DNA of 64,000 nt from Heterodontus francisci. Lineage: Eukaryota. The position numbers and the translations under genes are program-made. Shown piece after piece: positions 50,985 through 63,672 of this stretch; the stretch's first letter is position 1; each line of letters opens with the position of its first letter. The notes beneath the pieces were generated by a model. That model did not search any database. It was not told the DNA's origin and was given only the letters and a program-made list of their open reading frames with translations. The DNA lies in NCBI RefSeq assembly GCF_036365525.1, contig NC_090397.1, positions 68,019,781 to 68,083,780 of the forward strand. The letters run 5' to 3'.

Positions 50985-51458
50985 AATAGAGAAGAAGACT
51001 TGCATTTATATAGCGCTTTTCATGACCCACCACATGTCTCAAAGTGCTTTACAGCCAATAAAGTACTTTTAAGTGTAGTCACTGTTGCAATGTAGGAAAG
51101 GCAGTCGCCAATTTGCGCACAGCGAACTCCCACAAACAGCAATGTGATAACGACCAGATAATCTGGGATTTTCTGTGATGCTGATTGAGGGATAAATATT
51201 GTCCAGAACACCGGGGATAATTCCCCTGCTCTTCTTCGAAAATAGTGTCATGTGATCTTTTACATGAACGCGATTAGGCAGATGGGGCCTCGGTTTAATG
51301 TCTCATCCCAAAGACGGCACCTCCCACAGTGCAGCACTCCCTCAGTACTGCACTGGAGCATCAGCCTTGATTTTTGTGCTCAAGCCCTGGAGTGGGACTT
51401 CAACCTGGAACCTTGTGACCCAGAGGTGAGAGTGCTACCAACTGAGCCAAGGCTGACA
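50985..51458 (-). mobile_element. SacSINE1/Deu-like SINE with L2-type tail, full length, inside an old CR1 (about 50740-51790)
   Basis: Minus head tgtcagccttggctcagttggtagcactc; core gggataaatattg..cagaacaccgggga; tail gcgctatataaatgcaagtcttctt. Confidence 0.8.
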
Positions 51459-51847
51459 CTTTTACTTTTGTATAGTTAGCAAATTTCAACATTGTGCTCC
51501 CAAGTCGAAATCAACTATATATACACAGAGAACGAAATTGGAGCCAGGACCAATTCCTGTTATACAGCACTTTCAACCCTTCTCCAATTCATGCAACACC
51601 CACCAACCCTTACTTTTTGCTTCCTGTCTATGAATCCAACTTTCAAGTTATGATGCCACATTACCATACGCTTGTATTTTTGTAGCAGGCCTCTTGTTCA
51701 ATAGTTTATCAAATGCCTTCTACAAATCCTTATACACCACATGTACTGTAGTCCCTCTATGTATCCAATCAGCAGAAAAACTATTAAATTTGTCTTTTAA
51801 AAAAAAAAAATAAATCAGCTACTCTCAGCGAAAGTGCTCAAAATTAA

Positions 51848-52968
51848 GGAGCTGCATTTTACCAGCCCCTCAACGCCGTGGTCGCAGTGTGGGGGCGTGG
51901 GGCCGGTAAAATTCTGCAGGGAGAGGCCCTCCTCAACCCATGTTGTCGAGAAGGGCCTGCCGCATATTACCAGCGGCAGGGGGACCTCGGTGTGACCCCT
52001 CCCCGGCCGCCTGGCGGCGGGCCCTTCATCTCCATACGTAAATTAACATTAATTAGATTTTTAGATTAGAGATACAGCACTGAAACAGGCCCTTCGGCCC
52101 ACCGAGTCTGTGCCGAACATCAATCACCCATTTATACTAATCCGACACTAATCCCATATTCCTGCCAAACATCCCCACCTGTCCCTATATTTCCCTACCA
52201 CCTACCTATACTAGTGACAATTTATAATGGCCAATTTACCTATCAACCTGCAAGTCTTTTGGCTTGTGGGAGGAAACCGGAGCACCCGGAGAAAACCCAC
52301 GCAGACACAGGGAGAACTTGCAAACTCCACACAGGCAGTACCCGGAATCGAACCCGGGTCCCTGGAGCTGTGAGGCTGTGGTGCTAACCACTGCGCCACT
52401 GTGCCGCATTTGAATAATGATATTCAAATTTACTTACCTGCAGGCGGCGGCCGTCCCACACCGATTTTACGGCCTCTGTGCACCTTCGGAACTCGCAGGG
52501 GGGAGGAATAAAATTTTCAGGGTGGGAGGAGCGGGGAAAACAATTTTGATTGGATGTGGGGATGGTGGGAAGGGGTTGAAGGGCAAAAGATTGAAGGTTT
52601 GGGGGGGCGGGGGCAAGTTCAGGTATTTGAAAAATCAATTGTTGGTCATTTCGGGCAATGAAATGATCATGGGGGATTGGGGAAGGGCCTCCATAACTTA
52701 ATTTTATATTTAATAAAAATTACTACTGATGTCCCTTTAAAAATTAAAATGAATTGCAAGTGCTTAAAGCCCTTTAAAAATTGCGCCGGCGCCAGTGCAG
52801 TGGCAGCCGCCCCCTCTATGTCATTGGGGGCTGCCACTCCGCCCCCTCTATTTAAATGAGCCCCCACGCGTAATATCGAGGGGGCTCAGGGGCAGTGCAT
52901 CCGCGTAGGATGCACTCTGCCATTAGAGTGCGCCACCACGAACAGTAGCACACTCGTAAAATTCAGGC
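51848..52968. mobile_element. GC-rich MITE-like element with TAA flanks (possibly PIF/Harbinger type)
   Basis: taa|ggagctgcattttac ... gtaaaattcaggc|taa; interrupted by an HE1 SINE. Confidence 0.6.
52058..52407 (-). mobile_element. HE1-like V-SINE nested in MITE
   Basis: Reverse complement of the HE1-like copies at 22457 and 49825. Confidence 0.92.
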
Positions 52969-53029
52969 TAAGGTGTCTTGGGAACAAAAGAGCAAGTATT
53001 TCAGATGGTTTTACCTGGGTTTGCTATTA

Positions 53030-53216
53030 CAAAAAACAGATTATCTGCTCATTACCACATTGCTGTTTGTGGAAGTTCGCCGTGTACATATTGGCTGCCA
53101 TGTTTCCTGCATTACAACAGTGATTACACTTCAAAACGTACTTCAGTGGCTGTAAAGGGCTTTGAGCTGTCCAGTGTTCATGAAAGGCGCTGTATAAATG
53201 CAAGTCTTTCTTTTTT
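53030..53216 (+). mobile_element. SacSINE1-like 3' fragment
   Basis: cattgctgtttgtggaag...ggcgctgtataaatgcaagtctttc. Confidence 0.75.
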
Positions 53217-53237
53217 GGATTCACTGATTACACTTAC

Positions 53238-53336
53238 ATTGTTATCCTCATCAGTTTCATTTTCTTTATTGGAGTCAGTCAGGTAATCTGTGTTTTCCTC
53301 CTCCTCTTCATCTTCCTCTTCATTCTCAGAAGCATC
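53238..53336 (-). CDS. UPF2: UPF2 coding exon (acidic region)
   Basis: ttAG|GAT...AAT|GTAAGT; 99 nt, phase 0/0; DASENEEEDEEEEENTDYLTDSNKENETDEDNN. Confidence 0.95.
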
Positions 53337-54464
53337 CTAAAACGGGAAACATTCATTATTCAAGAAAAAACTGTCAGATTAGTCTCAATTAACTGTCATA
53401 ACTAGATTATAGGAAGGGAAAGGGTTCTTTCTTTTAATAAAAATAGATGAAACATTTATTTATCCTATTATCTGTATTTCATACACGAGCATGCAGGGGA
53501 AAAAAATTTATACCAAAGTTCCCTTCTGTTGAATACAAACTAAATAAAATTACAAGTGTGTGTTCAAATAAATATTTATACAAGAAGATAAGAAAACGCA
53601 ATTAATTCAGCCTACTCATTCCTTGGATAGATCGTGCATCAGCCACACCATGATGGACCCTATTCAGTTATACTGCAGAAGTAAAGGTCTTGCGAGGTTT
53701 CTTTTGCAGCATTCCCCCCCCTCCCCCACCGCCAAAAAATACTAAAAATCTAACCTTACATCCTACATAACGCATTCTAAATCAGTTGTCTTTCTTTATT
53801 AGGATATTTCCATGGTTGCAGTTCAGGAATCACCATTTTCTAAAATATTTGATTATCTTCAACTGTATTCAGCATTAGCCCTTAATCCAGTTCCAAAACA
53901 GACATAACCCAACTGTTTTTTTAAAAAAAGATGTTCATCAACACTAGTATTAACTAGCCAAATAGGCATTCTGAGCAACAACAAAGTTCTTTAACGAGTC
54001 CTGAAGACAGGACAAGACTTGAAGCGCAACACATTTTTGGGTGATGCCAATATTGCATATGCAGTGGAGCTGTCCATAACTTATTTCAAACAAAACATCT
54101 TGTTTCCACACAGGAAAAACATCAGCACGTGTGCAGTCTTTATTGCAATTTCCAAGTTTACTTCTGATTTGTTCCTGAACTTCCAGGGCCACACAATCTA
54201 TTCTGGGAATGGGCTGCATAGCACACAAAATTGATGCGGATTACTTGAAATTAGCTTCAAAAAGGCAACTGTTTCACTAAGCCAACTAAGCTCAGAACTG
54301 ATCTGGTTGCGTCTGGCAGGTTTTTAAAAGGCCCAATATGATAACACTGTTGCTCAGTAGATACCTTATTAGTGTGCTGGGCTCAAGGGTTAATTTTAAA
54401 ACGACTGACTTTTATTCCCATAGGTAGCACAATTTTTTTTAAATGTATGTAAAAGTAGTGGATG

Positions 54465-55475
54465 TACTAGTGTTCCGCAGGGATCAGTGCTGGGACCTTT
54501 GCTGTTTGTAGTATATATAAATGATTTGGAGGAAAATGTAGCTGGTCTGATTAGTAAGTTTGCGGACGACACAAAGGTTGGTGGAGTTGCGGATAATGAT
54601 GAGGATTGTCAGAGGATACAGCAGGATATAGATCGGTTGGAGACTTGGGCAGAGAAATGGCAGATGGAGTTTAATCTGGACAAATGTGAGGTAATGCATT
54701 TTGGAAGGTCTAATGCAGGTGGGAGGTATACAGTAAATGGCAGAACCCTTAGGAGTATTGACAGGCAGAGAGATCTGGGCGTACAGGTCCACAGGTCACT
54801 GAAAGTGGCAACGTAGGTGGATAAGGTAGTCAAGAAAGCATACGGCATGCTTGCTTTCATCGGTCGGGGCATAGAGTATAAAAATTGGCAAGTTATGTTG
54901 CAGCTGTACAGAACCTTAGTTAGGCCACACTTAGAATATTGCGTGCAATTCTGGTCGCCACACTACCAGAAGGACGTGGAGGCTTTGGAGAGGGTACAGA
55001 GGAGGTTTACCAGGATGTTGCCAGGTCTGGAGGGCATTAGCTATGAGGAGAGGTTGGAAAAACTCGGATTGTTTTCACTGGAACGACGGAGGTGGAGGGG
55101 CGACATGATAGAGGTTTACAAAGTTATGAGCGGCATGGACAGAGTGGATAGTCAGAAGCTTTTTCCCAGGGTGGAAGAGTCAGTTACAAGGGGACATAGG
55201 TTTAAGGTGCGAGGGGCAAAGTTTAGAGGGGATGTGCGAGGCAGGTGTTTTTACACAGAGGGTGGTGAGTGTCTGGAACTTGCTGCCAGGGGAGGTGGTG
55301 GAAGCAGATACGATAGCGATGTTTAAGAGACATCTTGACAAATACATGAATAGGAAGGGAATAGTGGAATACGGGCCCCGGAAGTGCAGAAGGTGTTAGT
55401 TTAGGCAGGCATCAAGATCGGCGCAGGCTTGGAGGGCCGTATGGCCTGTTCCTGTGCTGTACTGTTCTTTGTTCT
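54465..55475 (+). mobile_element. Young 5'-truncated CR1 LINE
   Basis: [26 protein letters not shown]; only one in-frame TAG (54814-54816) and one late frameshift; CpGs retained. Confidence 0.94.
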
Positions 55476-55676
55476 ATTCCTAACCTCAGGAAATGAGATG
55501 GAAATAGCTTCAGACTATTTGCACTTCTTTAACAGTGAGAAAACAAAGGTCTACTCCTTGTTAATTTAGTTGCTTATTCACTAAAACTTTGAATTATCCA
55601 ATAATTTGAATTAAGCCATATAAATAACACGACAAAGGGGAACTTAATGCTAAAAATAGCTGTTCATTTGAATTAA

Positions 55677-56018
55677 TGTCAGCTATGGCTCAGTTGGTAG
55701 TGCAGGGAGTGCTGCACTGTCAGAAGTGCCATCTTTCAAATGAGAAGTTAAACTGAGGTCCCACCTGCCCTCTCAGGTGAACATAAAAGATCCCATGGTG
55801 CTATTTCAAAGAAGAGCAGGGGAGTAATCTCTGGTGTCCTGGCCAATATTTATCCCTCAACCAACATCACAAAAATACCGCAATACTGTTTGAGGGAGCT
55901 TGCTGTGCACAAACAGACTGTCACATTTCCTACGTTAAAAGGACTTCACTGGCTGTAAACCAGTTTGAGACATCCGATGGTTGCAAAAAGCTCTATATAA
56001 ATGCGAGTCTTTCTTTTT
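55677..56018 (+). mobile_element. SacSINE1/Deu-like SINE, internally deleted
   Basis: tgtcagctatggctcagttggtag head; ctggccaatatttatccctcaacc core; L2-type tail. Confidence 0.78.
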
Positions 56019-56867
56019 TAAAGCAAGTTTGAATTCAGAGCTGCAGACTGTATCAACTTACTACCTCTCAAACATCTCAAGTGCTTCTTTTGTGAATTAA
56101 TTTCTTAAGTGCACTCATTAACTTGTTTTATAGACAAATGTAGCAAATTCACACACAGTAATGAGATGAATGGCCAGTAAAGCTATTTTTGATGAGTTTG
56201 CTTGAGGAATACTGTTTGAAAACAGTGCTCTTCAAATTGTACTATGGGACCTCACTTGAACAGCTGGATATTGCAGACACGGATAATGTTTCCAATAACG
56301 CAGCATAGCTTTGGAATGTCAGCTGAAGAGAGCAAAGTTCAGAGGACAGTAACTCAGTTACAGTCAAATGTACAAAAGTGAAGTGCCAACAGCAACATTT
56401 GTTTCCAATCAAGATAATTTGGTGTCATAATGTTACGGGACTAAGTGTTCTTAATAGTTCCATAGCTCATGGAGCCCATTTTTGCAATGAGAAATGGACT
56501 TCAAAAACAATGTCAGTAAACTCCAAAGAAAATAATTTGAGATGTTTAAATTAAAGCCTTGTGAATTTTTTTACTTAGGGAATTTTCAAAATGGTGGCCA
56601 GCCATGTCTGGAGTCTGAAGGTATGGCACTTGTATGGCACTTGCCATATCTCCCATTTTTGAGAGTTAAAAAAAATTACAATTTAGACAATGGTTTAATA
56701 ACTTTATTATTTCTTTCTAAACTAATGCTCTGTGCTTATATGTCAGCATTAAAATAAAATGATGTTGGGCAAGCCCAATCTGATAGTGGAAACCTACCAC
56801 CATAAACATTCATTCCACTCCACCATCCACATAATACAATAGTTTTGACAATCAGTAGAAATCATAC

Positions 56868-57028
56868 CTCTTCATGTTCATTCATTTCACTTTCATTTCC
56901 AGATTGTTCCTCCGTTTCTGCTCCGCCCTCTTCCTCCTCATCGTCATCATCATCATCCTGATTTTCTTCCCCATCTCCCAGACCGGGCAGCTTATCTGAC
57001 TTGGAATCTTTCCCATCAATAACAAGCC
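56868..57028 (-). CDS. UPF2: UPF2 coding exon (acidic linker, first exon in window)
   Basis: ttccatAG|GG...GAG|GTATGA; 161 nt; translates (G)LVIDGKDSKSDKLPGLGDGEENQDDDDDDEEEEGGAETEEQSGNESEMNEHEE, matching the vertebrate UPF2 motif GGAETEEQSGNESE. Confidence 0.95.
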
Positions 57029-58529
57029 CTATGGAAATACACCAAGTTCAATTTTGAAAAAAAAAAGTCTCAGATAAAGAAACACTTAAGTCTTATAAAC
57101 CAAATATCAAGGTTTGCATTCACCCTGGACCATTTGAAATTTCCTAAAATTAGATACAAGTGCAATGTCTTTGCCAAGATAGTTCCATAAATTCCATACA
57201 ATAGACTGTCATTAATCGCACTTTTTGTTTTTCTTTTCATTTCTAGATCATCACGTGTCTCTAATTCCATGTTGAAAGGAGCATGTGGGTGTCCCGCTCA
57301 CAAGGTTCTACCAATGCCACCACCTTCTCCTCTCCCCAGCCCCATCTTCACCACCCCACCAAACCCCAATTAACCATTAATTCAATGGAAACTAACTCAC
57401 TTGGCAACTGTCTCTCATTTCCTGTGACAAAGTGAAATACAAGAAAGATCTGGACTCCACTCAGCACCTCCTTTTAAGGGCTAGCTGACATCTGTAATTC
57501 ATCGTTACCAAATCATGTGCTGTTCCACCATGCTGCCAACTCATGAAATTTACATTACACACACACGCAAACCCCCTCCGCCCCTCAATGTCCACTTCTC
57601 TTTTTGCTCCCTCCTGCTTAACTGCTCGCCCTTTCAATTGCTGCTTCACCTCCCCACGTCTACGTTGTCAGGAGATACAGTGTTTATATAATTACAAAAA
57701 TACTCTAATCAAACCAACTAACTTTTTGTTGGAACTGCATTTAACTGTTTCAACCCATTAGATGTGTATTTAATGATTTCTTTCTTCAATTTTAAGTGGA
57801 AATTCCTTTGCTATCTTCCTTTTTACATATTCCACAAAGGGATGGGCAGCTAGCCCATTGCTGTTATGTTCTTCTGCAACAAGTTACTGGGAGGTCCAGT
57901 GCAGTATATGTTAATTTTTAAAAGAACGAGCATTGGCAGGAATGAATGATTGAAACCTCATTGACATAAACAGGGCTTTATATCCCATAGAAATACAAAA
58001 GCAACAAAATACTACAATAAAAGCAAAATACTGCAGAAGCTGCAAATCTGAAATAAAACCAGAAAATGCTGGAAATACTCAGTAAGTCAGGCAGATTCTG
58101 ACCCTTTCTGGTAAGTGGTGAAGCCCAATCTCGCACACCAGTGTACATTTTGGGTGCCAGAGTCGTCCACAAAGCGTGGGAAGCATTTAATGGCTACACG
58201 CATCCCATACCCAAGACGGGTATTGGACAATTAAACAAAAATTTACATGGATGAGTTTAAATTACATTTCTGACATTTGCAATGTTCAAACACGATAGTG
58301 GGGCTTGCAATTAAACCTTTGTAAACCTAGTCAGCATAAAACAAATGGTATCAAACATTACAAGCACTACAACATGAAAAAATAAACCACTGTGACAGAA
58401 ATTAAATACAGTACCCCAAAGCATTACATTTATTTTTTCACCAGCAACTTTTGTGATGGTCACAATGTACTACATATCATGCATAGACAGAAGGAAAGGC
58501 CAACCGCTGAAACAATCACTGAAGCAGTC

Positions 58530-59185
58530 AAAAGAAATAGTTTATATTTACATTGCACCTTCAACATCCTCAGGACGTCTGAAAGCGCTTCACAACCACT
58601 GGATTACTTTTGGCATAAAAGCAAAATACTGCGGATGCTGGCAATCTGAAATAAAAACAAGAAATGCTGAAAATACTCAGCAGATCTGGCAGCATCTGTG
58701 GAGAGAGAAGCAGAGTTAACATTTCAGGTCAGTGACCCTTCAGGGAGAGGGGTCACTGACCTGAAATGTTAACTCTGCTTCTCTCTCCACAGATGCTGCC
58801 AGACCTGCTGAGTATTTCCAGCATTCCTTGTTTTGATTACTTTTGGCATGCAGTTATTGTTGTCAGGAAGGTAAGCTCAGCAGCCAATTTGTACACAAAG
58901 TGCCACATATACAATGAATGAACAGTTGATCTGCTGTGGTGGTGTTGATTGAGGGATAAATGCTGGCCAAATTAGTACAGCTCCCCTGCTCCTCTTCAAA
59001 TAATGTCATGGGGTCTTTTATATCCACCCAAATAAGCAGACAAAGCATCAGTTTAATTACTCCTTTGAGAGACAGCATAACCGACAATGCAGCACTCTCT
59101 TAGTAGTGCACTAAAGTGTCAGTTTTACATTATGTATGCATGTACTGGTGTAAAACTTGAAGCTACAAACCTTTTCACTCAAAAC
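58530..59185 (-). mobile_element. Old SacSINE1-like SINE interrupted by Penelope-like palindrome
   Basis: Collinear with 50985-51458 on both sides of the 58617-58834 insertion. Confidence 0.72.
58617..58834. mobile_element. Penelope-like fold-back insertion, 15-bp TSD
   Basis: TSD gattacttttggcat at 58602-58616 and 58835-58849; 85-bp inverted arms 58654-58738 / 58750-58834. Confidence 0.85.
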
Positions 59186-59504
59186 CTAGATAAATAAGTA
59201 CATGGCTTCATGTTCGATACTGCCACTAATTCCATTATTTAAAGCTGCAGCATTCAAGTTACTGATGCTAGATCCTAATCCTTTCTAGAGAGGCCACTAG
59301 TCCCATCAGCACTGACGGAGGTACACCATTTAAATGGAGAACTGCTGAGACAATGAGACAACATCACAATTGAAGGAAGATCAAGTGATTTGTGCAGATC
59401 CTCGACCGGGGCTAAACAAATAACTTCATGGACTGGATCCTTCTGGTTTATCTTATTACAACAAGTCTATAGTTGAAGTACATTTTGTCAAATGTAGTTG
59501 TTAT

Positions 59505-60230
59505 AGGAACATAGGAAATAGGAGTAGTAGGCTATTCCACTCCACCATTCAACTAGGTTATGGCTGATCTTCTACCTCAACACCATTTTCCCACCCTTTC
59601 CCCATATCCCTTGATATCTTTAAAATCTAGACATCTATCCACATCTGTTTTGAACATTCTCAAGGACTGAGCCTCCATGGCCCTCTGGGGTGGAGAATTC
59701 CAACCCGAGTCAAGAAATTTCTCATCTCAGTGGCACAGTGGTTAGCACCGCAGTCTCACAGCTCCAGTGACCCGGGTTCAATTCTGGGTACTGCCTGTGT
59801 GGAGTTTGCAAGTTCTCCCTGTGTCTGCGTGGGTTTCCTCCGGGTACTCCGGTTTCCTCCCACATGCCAAAGACTTGCAGGTTGATCGGTAAATTGGCCA
59901 TTAGCAATTGCCCCTAGTATAGGTAGGAGATAGGGAAATATAGGGACAGGTGGGGATGTGGTAGGAATTAGTGTAGGATTAGTATAAATGGGTGGTTGAT
60001 GACAGACTCGGTGGGCCGAAGGGCCTGTTTCAGTGCTGTATCTCTAAACTAAAAAAAAACTAAACCAAAAAAACTAACTTGCCTACCTCTTATTCTGAGA
60101 CTATGTCCCCTGGTTCAAGACCCCACCCAGCCGGGGGAAACATCCTGCATCAACTTTGTCGAGCCCTGTAAGAATTTTGTATGCTTCAATGAGATCACCA
60201 CGCATTCTTCTAAACTCTACAGAATATAGG
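59505..60230 (-). mobile_element. CR1 3' fragment split by HE1 SINE
   Basis: Collinear with 37883-38275 on both sides of the SINE. Confidence 0.8.
59731..60077 (+). mobile_element. HE1-like V-SINE
   Basis: Same head, V-domain and tail as the other copies; A-rich end. Confidence 0.9.
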
Positions 60231-60561
60231 TTCATTTATATGTGTTTAAACTTGGTGCACCTAACACATTATAGTCATCACAGCTGTTAATTCTTCAGAT
60301 GATTTAATGGCAAAAATATTCCAAGCATACTGCACCACACTAGGGGAAAAAAACGGTAGTTGAAGGATGTTGTTACACCTTACAAAATGTCTTAAATTCA
60401 ATCAACCAGATAATTAAGGAGAATTGAGAACATTGGTAAATTCCCTCAATAAAAAGTAACAGGTAATTTCCAAAACATTTAATGCTCTGCATCACAGAGC
60501 TGATACCTAAAGCTGAATTAGGTAAAGATGGTGGGGGGAGGGGGGGGGGGGGGGGGAGGAA

Positions 60562-61738
60562 TATCTTCTTCTCTGGCCTCCTTGTCTCGAGAGACAATGG
60601 ATACGCGCCTGGAGGTGGTCAGTGGTTTGTGGAGCAGCGCCTGGAGTGGCTATAAAGGCCAATTCTAGAGTGACAAACTCTTCCACAGGTGCTGCAGATA
60701 TGATTGGTTGTCGGGGCTGTTACACAGTTGGCTCTCTCCTTGCGCTTCTGTCTTTTTTCCTGCCAACTGCTAAGTCTCTGACACGCCACACTTTAACCCC
60801 GCCTTTATGGCTGCCCGCCAGCTCTGGCGATCACTGGCAACTGACTCCCACGACTTGTGATTAATGTCGCGTTTGCAGACGACTTTGAAGCGGAGACATG
60901 GACGGCCGGTGGGTCTGATACCAGTGACGAGCTCGCTGTACAATGTGTCCTTGGGAATCCTGCCATCTGCCGTGCGGCTCACATGGCCAAGTAATCTCAA
61001 GCGCCGCTGGCTCAGAAGTGTGTATAGGCTGGGGATGTTGGCCGCCTCGAGGACTTCTGTGTTGGAGATACGGTCCTGCCACCTGATGCCAAGGATTCTC
61101 CGGAGGCAGCGAAGATGGAATGAATTGAGACGTCGCTCTTGGCTGACATACGTTGTCCAGGCCTTGCTGCCATAGAGCAAGGTACTGAGGACACAGGTCT
61201 GATACACTCGGACTTTTGTGTTCCGTGTCAGTGCGCCATTTTCCCACACTCTCTTGGCCAGTCTGGACATAGCAGTGGAAGCTTTCCCATGCGCTTGTTG
61301 ATTTCTGCATCTAGAGACAGGTTACTGGTGATAGTTGAGCCTAGGTAGGTGAACTCTTGAACCACTTCCAGAGCGTGGTCGCCAATATTGACGGATGGAG
61401 CATTTCTGATGTCCTGTCCCATGATGTTCGTTTTCTTGAGGCTGATGGTTAGGCCAAATTCGTTGCAGGCAGCCGCAAACCTGTCGATGAGACTCTGCAG
61501 ACACTCTTCTGTGTGAGATGTTAATGCAGCATCGTCAGCAAAGAGGAGTTCCCTGATGAGGACTTTCCGTACTTTGGTCTTCGCTCTTAGACTGGCAAGG
61601 TTGAACAACCTGCCACCAGATCTTGTGTGGAGGAAAATTCCTTCTTCTGAAGACTTGAACGCATGTGAGAGCAGCAGGGAGAAGATGATCCCAAACAGTG
61701 TAGGTGCGAGAACACAGCCCTGTTTCATGCCACTCACG
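60562..61738 (-). mobile_element. RTE-clade (BovB/Expander-like) LINE, 5'-truncated
   Basis: KQGCVLAPTLF, LFNLASLRAKTK, LLFADDAAL, FTYLGSTI, STLLYG, LGHVSR, GRPCLRF motifs in ORFs 61228..61737 and 60770..61270. Confidence 0.92.
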
Positions 61739-63336
61739 CCAGGAAAGATGGGGGTGGGGGGGGAGTTTATACAAATTTAAAAACTTAACAGTACTGGTAA
61801 TCTGAAGTAAAGTTACAGCACATCAGAGTTTTGACTGAGTTAAACCTCAAGCATTAACTATCTTTCTCATTTTGGACTGGCCTGCTGTGCATTTCAAACA
61901 TTTTCTGTTGCTATTGCACACATCTCAATTTAACCCTCAACTTATCCTTCTGCTAAAATGATCCCTGGACAATGTTACGTGCCTAATCACACATTCAGCT
62001 TTGCAATAAGACTCAGGAAAGTGATGAGATCTTAAATCTATCTGGACAACAAGAACAAAATGGGCCGAAGGACCTGTTTCTGAGCTGTATAACTCTATGA
62101 CTCTAAAATAGAAAGCATTAACTCACTTGCTCAAAACTTTTACAGTATTAGATAAGGGAGGAAAAATACAGAAATAAACAAGCGCCGTTTAAAAAGTCTA
62201 ACATTCCACGTGCGTAAGCCAAGACTGAAACTCTCAAACTTAGGTCGTGCATATATCATTTTAAAAACACTGAACTGGAATGAAACACTCCTTAATCTTT
62301 GTTTGAAGTTCAAGTTTCAAAGAATTCTGAAGGACTGCAGTTTGTTTTTATTTCAGAATAAATATATGCAGGATAGATTGTAAAAGAACATTTGGAAAAC
62401 ACGTCAGCCTACTGCATTAGCAAGTTCTGTTGATGGAGATAAGTCAGATACAACAACAATTGTTGAATCATTAACTACATTTGTAACAACTCTCCCATAA
62501 TGCAATATTATGAGGATGAGTATTAAAAAATAAAAGACTGAACAATACTGAGCCCAGTCCATGGGCTGGCAAGGCATTTTTGATCAAAGAAAATGCTGAC
62601 ATTGTGCACTTCATTGTCTGTGACCCAATAAATTATCATATTTTGACCAACTTTCTTGCCAAAACTCCCGTATATGGTTCACCGGTAAGAAACAGCTAGA
62701 GGTCAGAAAGTAAGGGAATCACCAGCTCAAGTCTCAGGGCTGCAGAATACTAAAGTATTGGCTCAGTGTCATCACTCAAACAAAAAGTTGTGTGTTCAAG
62801 CCCTGCTCCAGACCTCAAGTTCAATGCTACACTGATGCTCAGTGATTCAGGGAGCACCCTATGCATTTCAGAGAGCTGGTACAGGTGTGATGGGCTGAAA
62901 GAATCTTATAGCACAGAAGGGATCCAATGATGATATGAATTCCTAGTGGCATGGGCCTACAATACAAAACTTCCACTATTAATTGGCAATTCCAGAGGGA
63001 CAGATTGGTTGTTGCTGGAAATAAAAAAAATGGCACACTGGGGCAGTAGACAGTGCTATTCCAGAACTGGGGCTGAGGCACAACGTTGAGGTAAAATAGA
63101 GGGAGTTTTAATCTGTGTCTAGCTGTGCCATATCTGACTGGAGAGTGCTTCATGCCACTGGTTGTTTAAATGGACAAGTGTTTCATTCGCCATTACTAAC
63201 AGCCCTTACCAATGATGAGCACAGAACAAAATCCTTTTTTTTTTGCAGTCTTCAAGACATCAATTATATTTCCTCACTTCCAGGACTACTCAGATGATAT
63301 CACTTCTAGTCCTGGAGCAGTTCCATTATAAATAAC

Positions 63337-63672
63337 TGGACAGAGTGGATAGTCAGAAGCTTTTTCCCCAGGGTGGAAGAGTCAGTTACTAGGGGACATA
63401 GGTTTAAGGTGCGAGGGGCAAAGTTTAGAGGGGATGTGCGAGGCAGGTGTTTTTACACAGAGGGTGGTGAGTGCCTGGAACTTGCTGCCAGGGGAGGTGG
63501 TGGAAGCAGATACGATAGCGACGTTTAAGAGAAATCTTGACAAATACATGAATAGGAAGGGAATAGAGGGATATGGGCCCCGGCAGTGCAGAAGGTGTTA
63601 GCTTAGGCAGGCATCAAGATCGGCGCAGGCTTGGAGGGCCGAATGGCCTGTTCCTGTGCTGTACTGTTCTTT
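63337..63672 (+). mobile_element. CR1 3' fragment, same young subfamily as 54465-55475
   Basis: Nearly identical to 55136-55471 with a few substitutions. Confidence 0.92.

Noticed and set aside
55136-63672. Segmental duplication 55136-55471 / 63337-63672
   Set aside because: Similarity stops at the CR1 tail and flanks are unrelated, so these are independent insertions.
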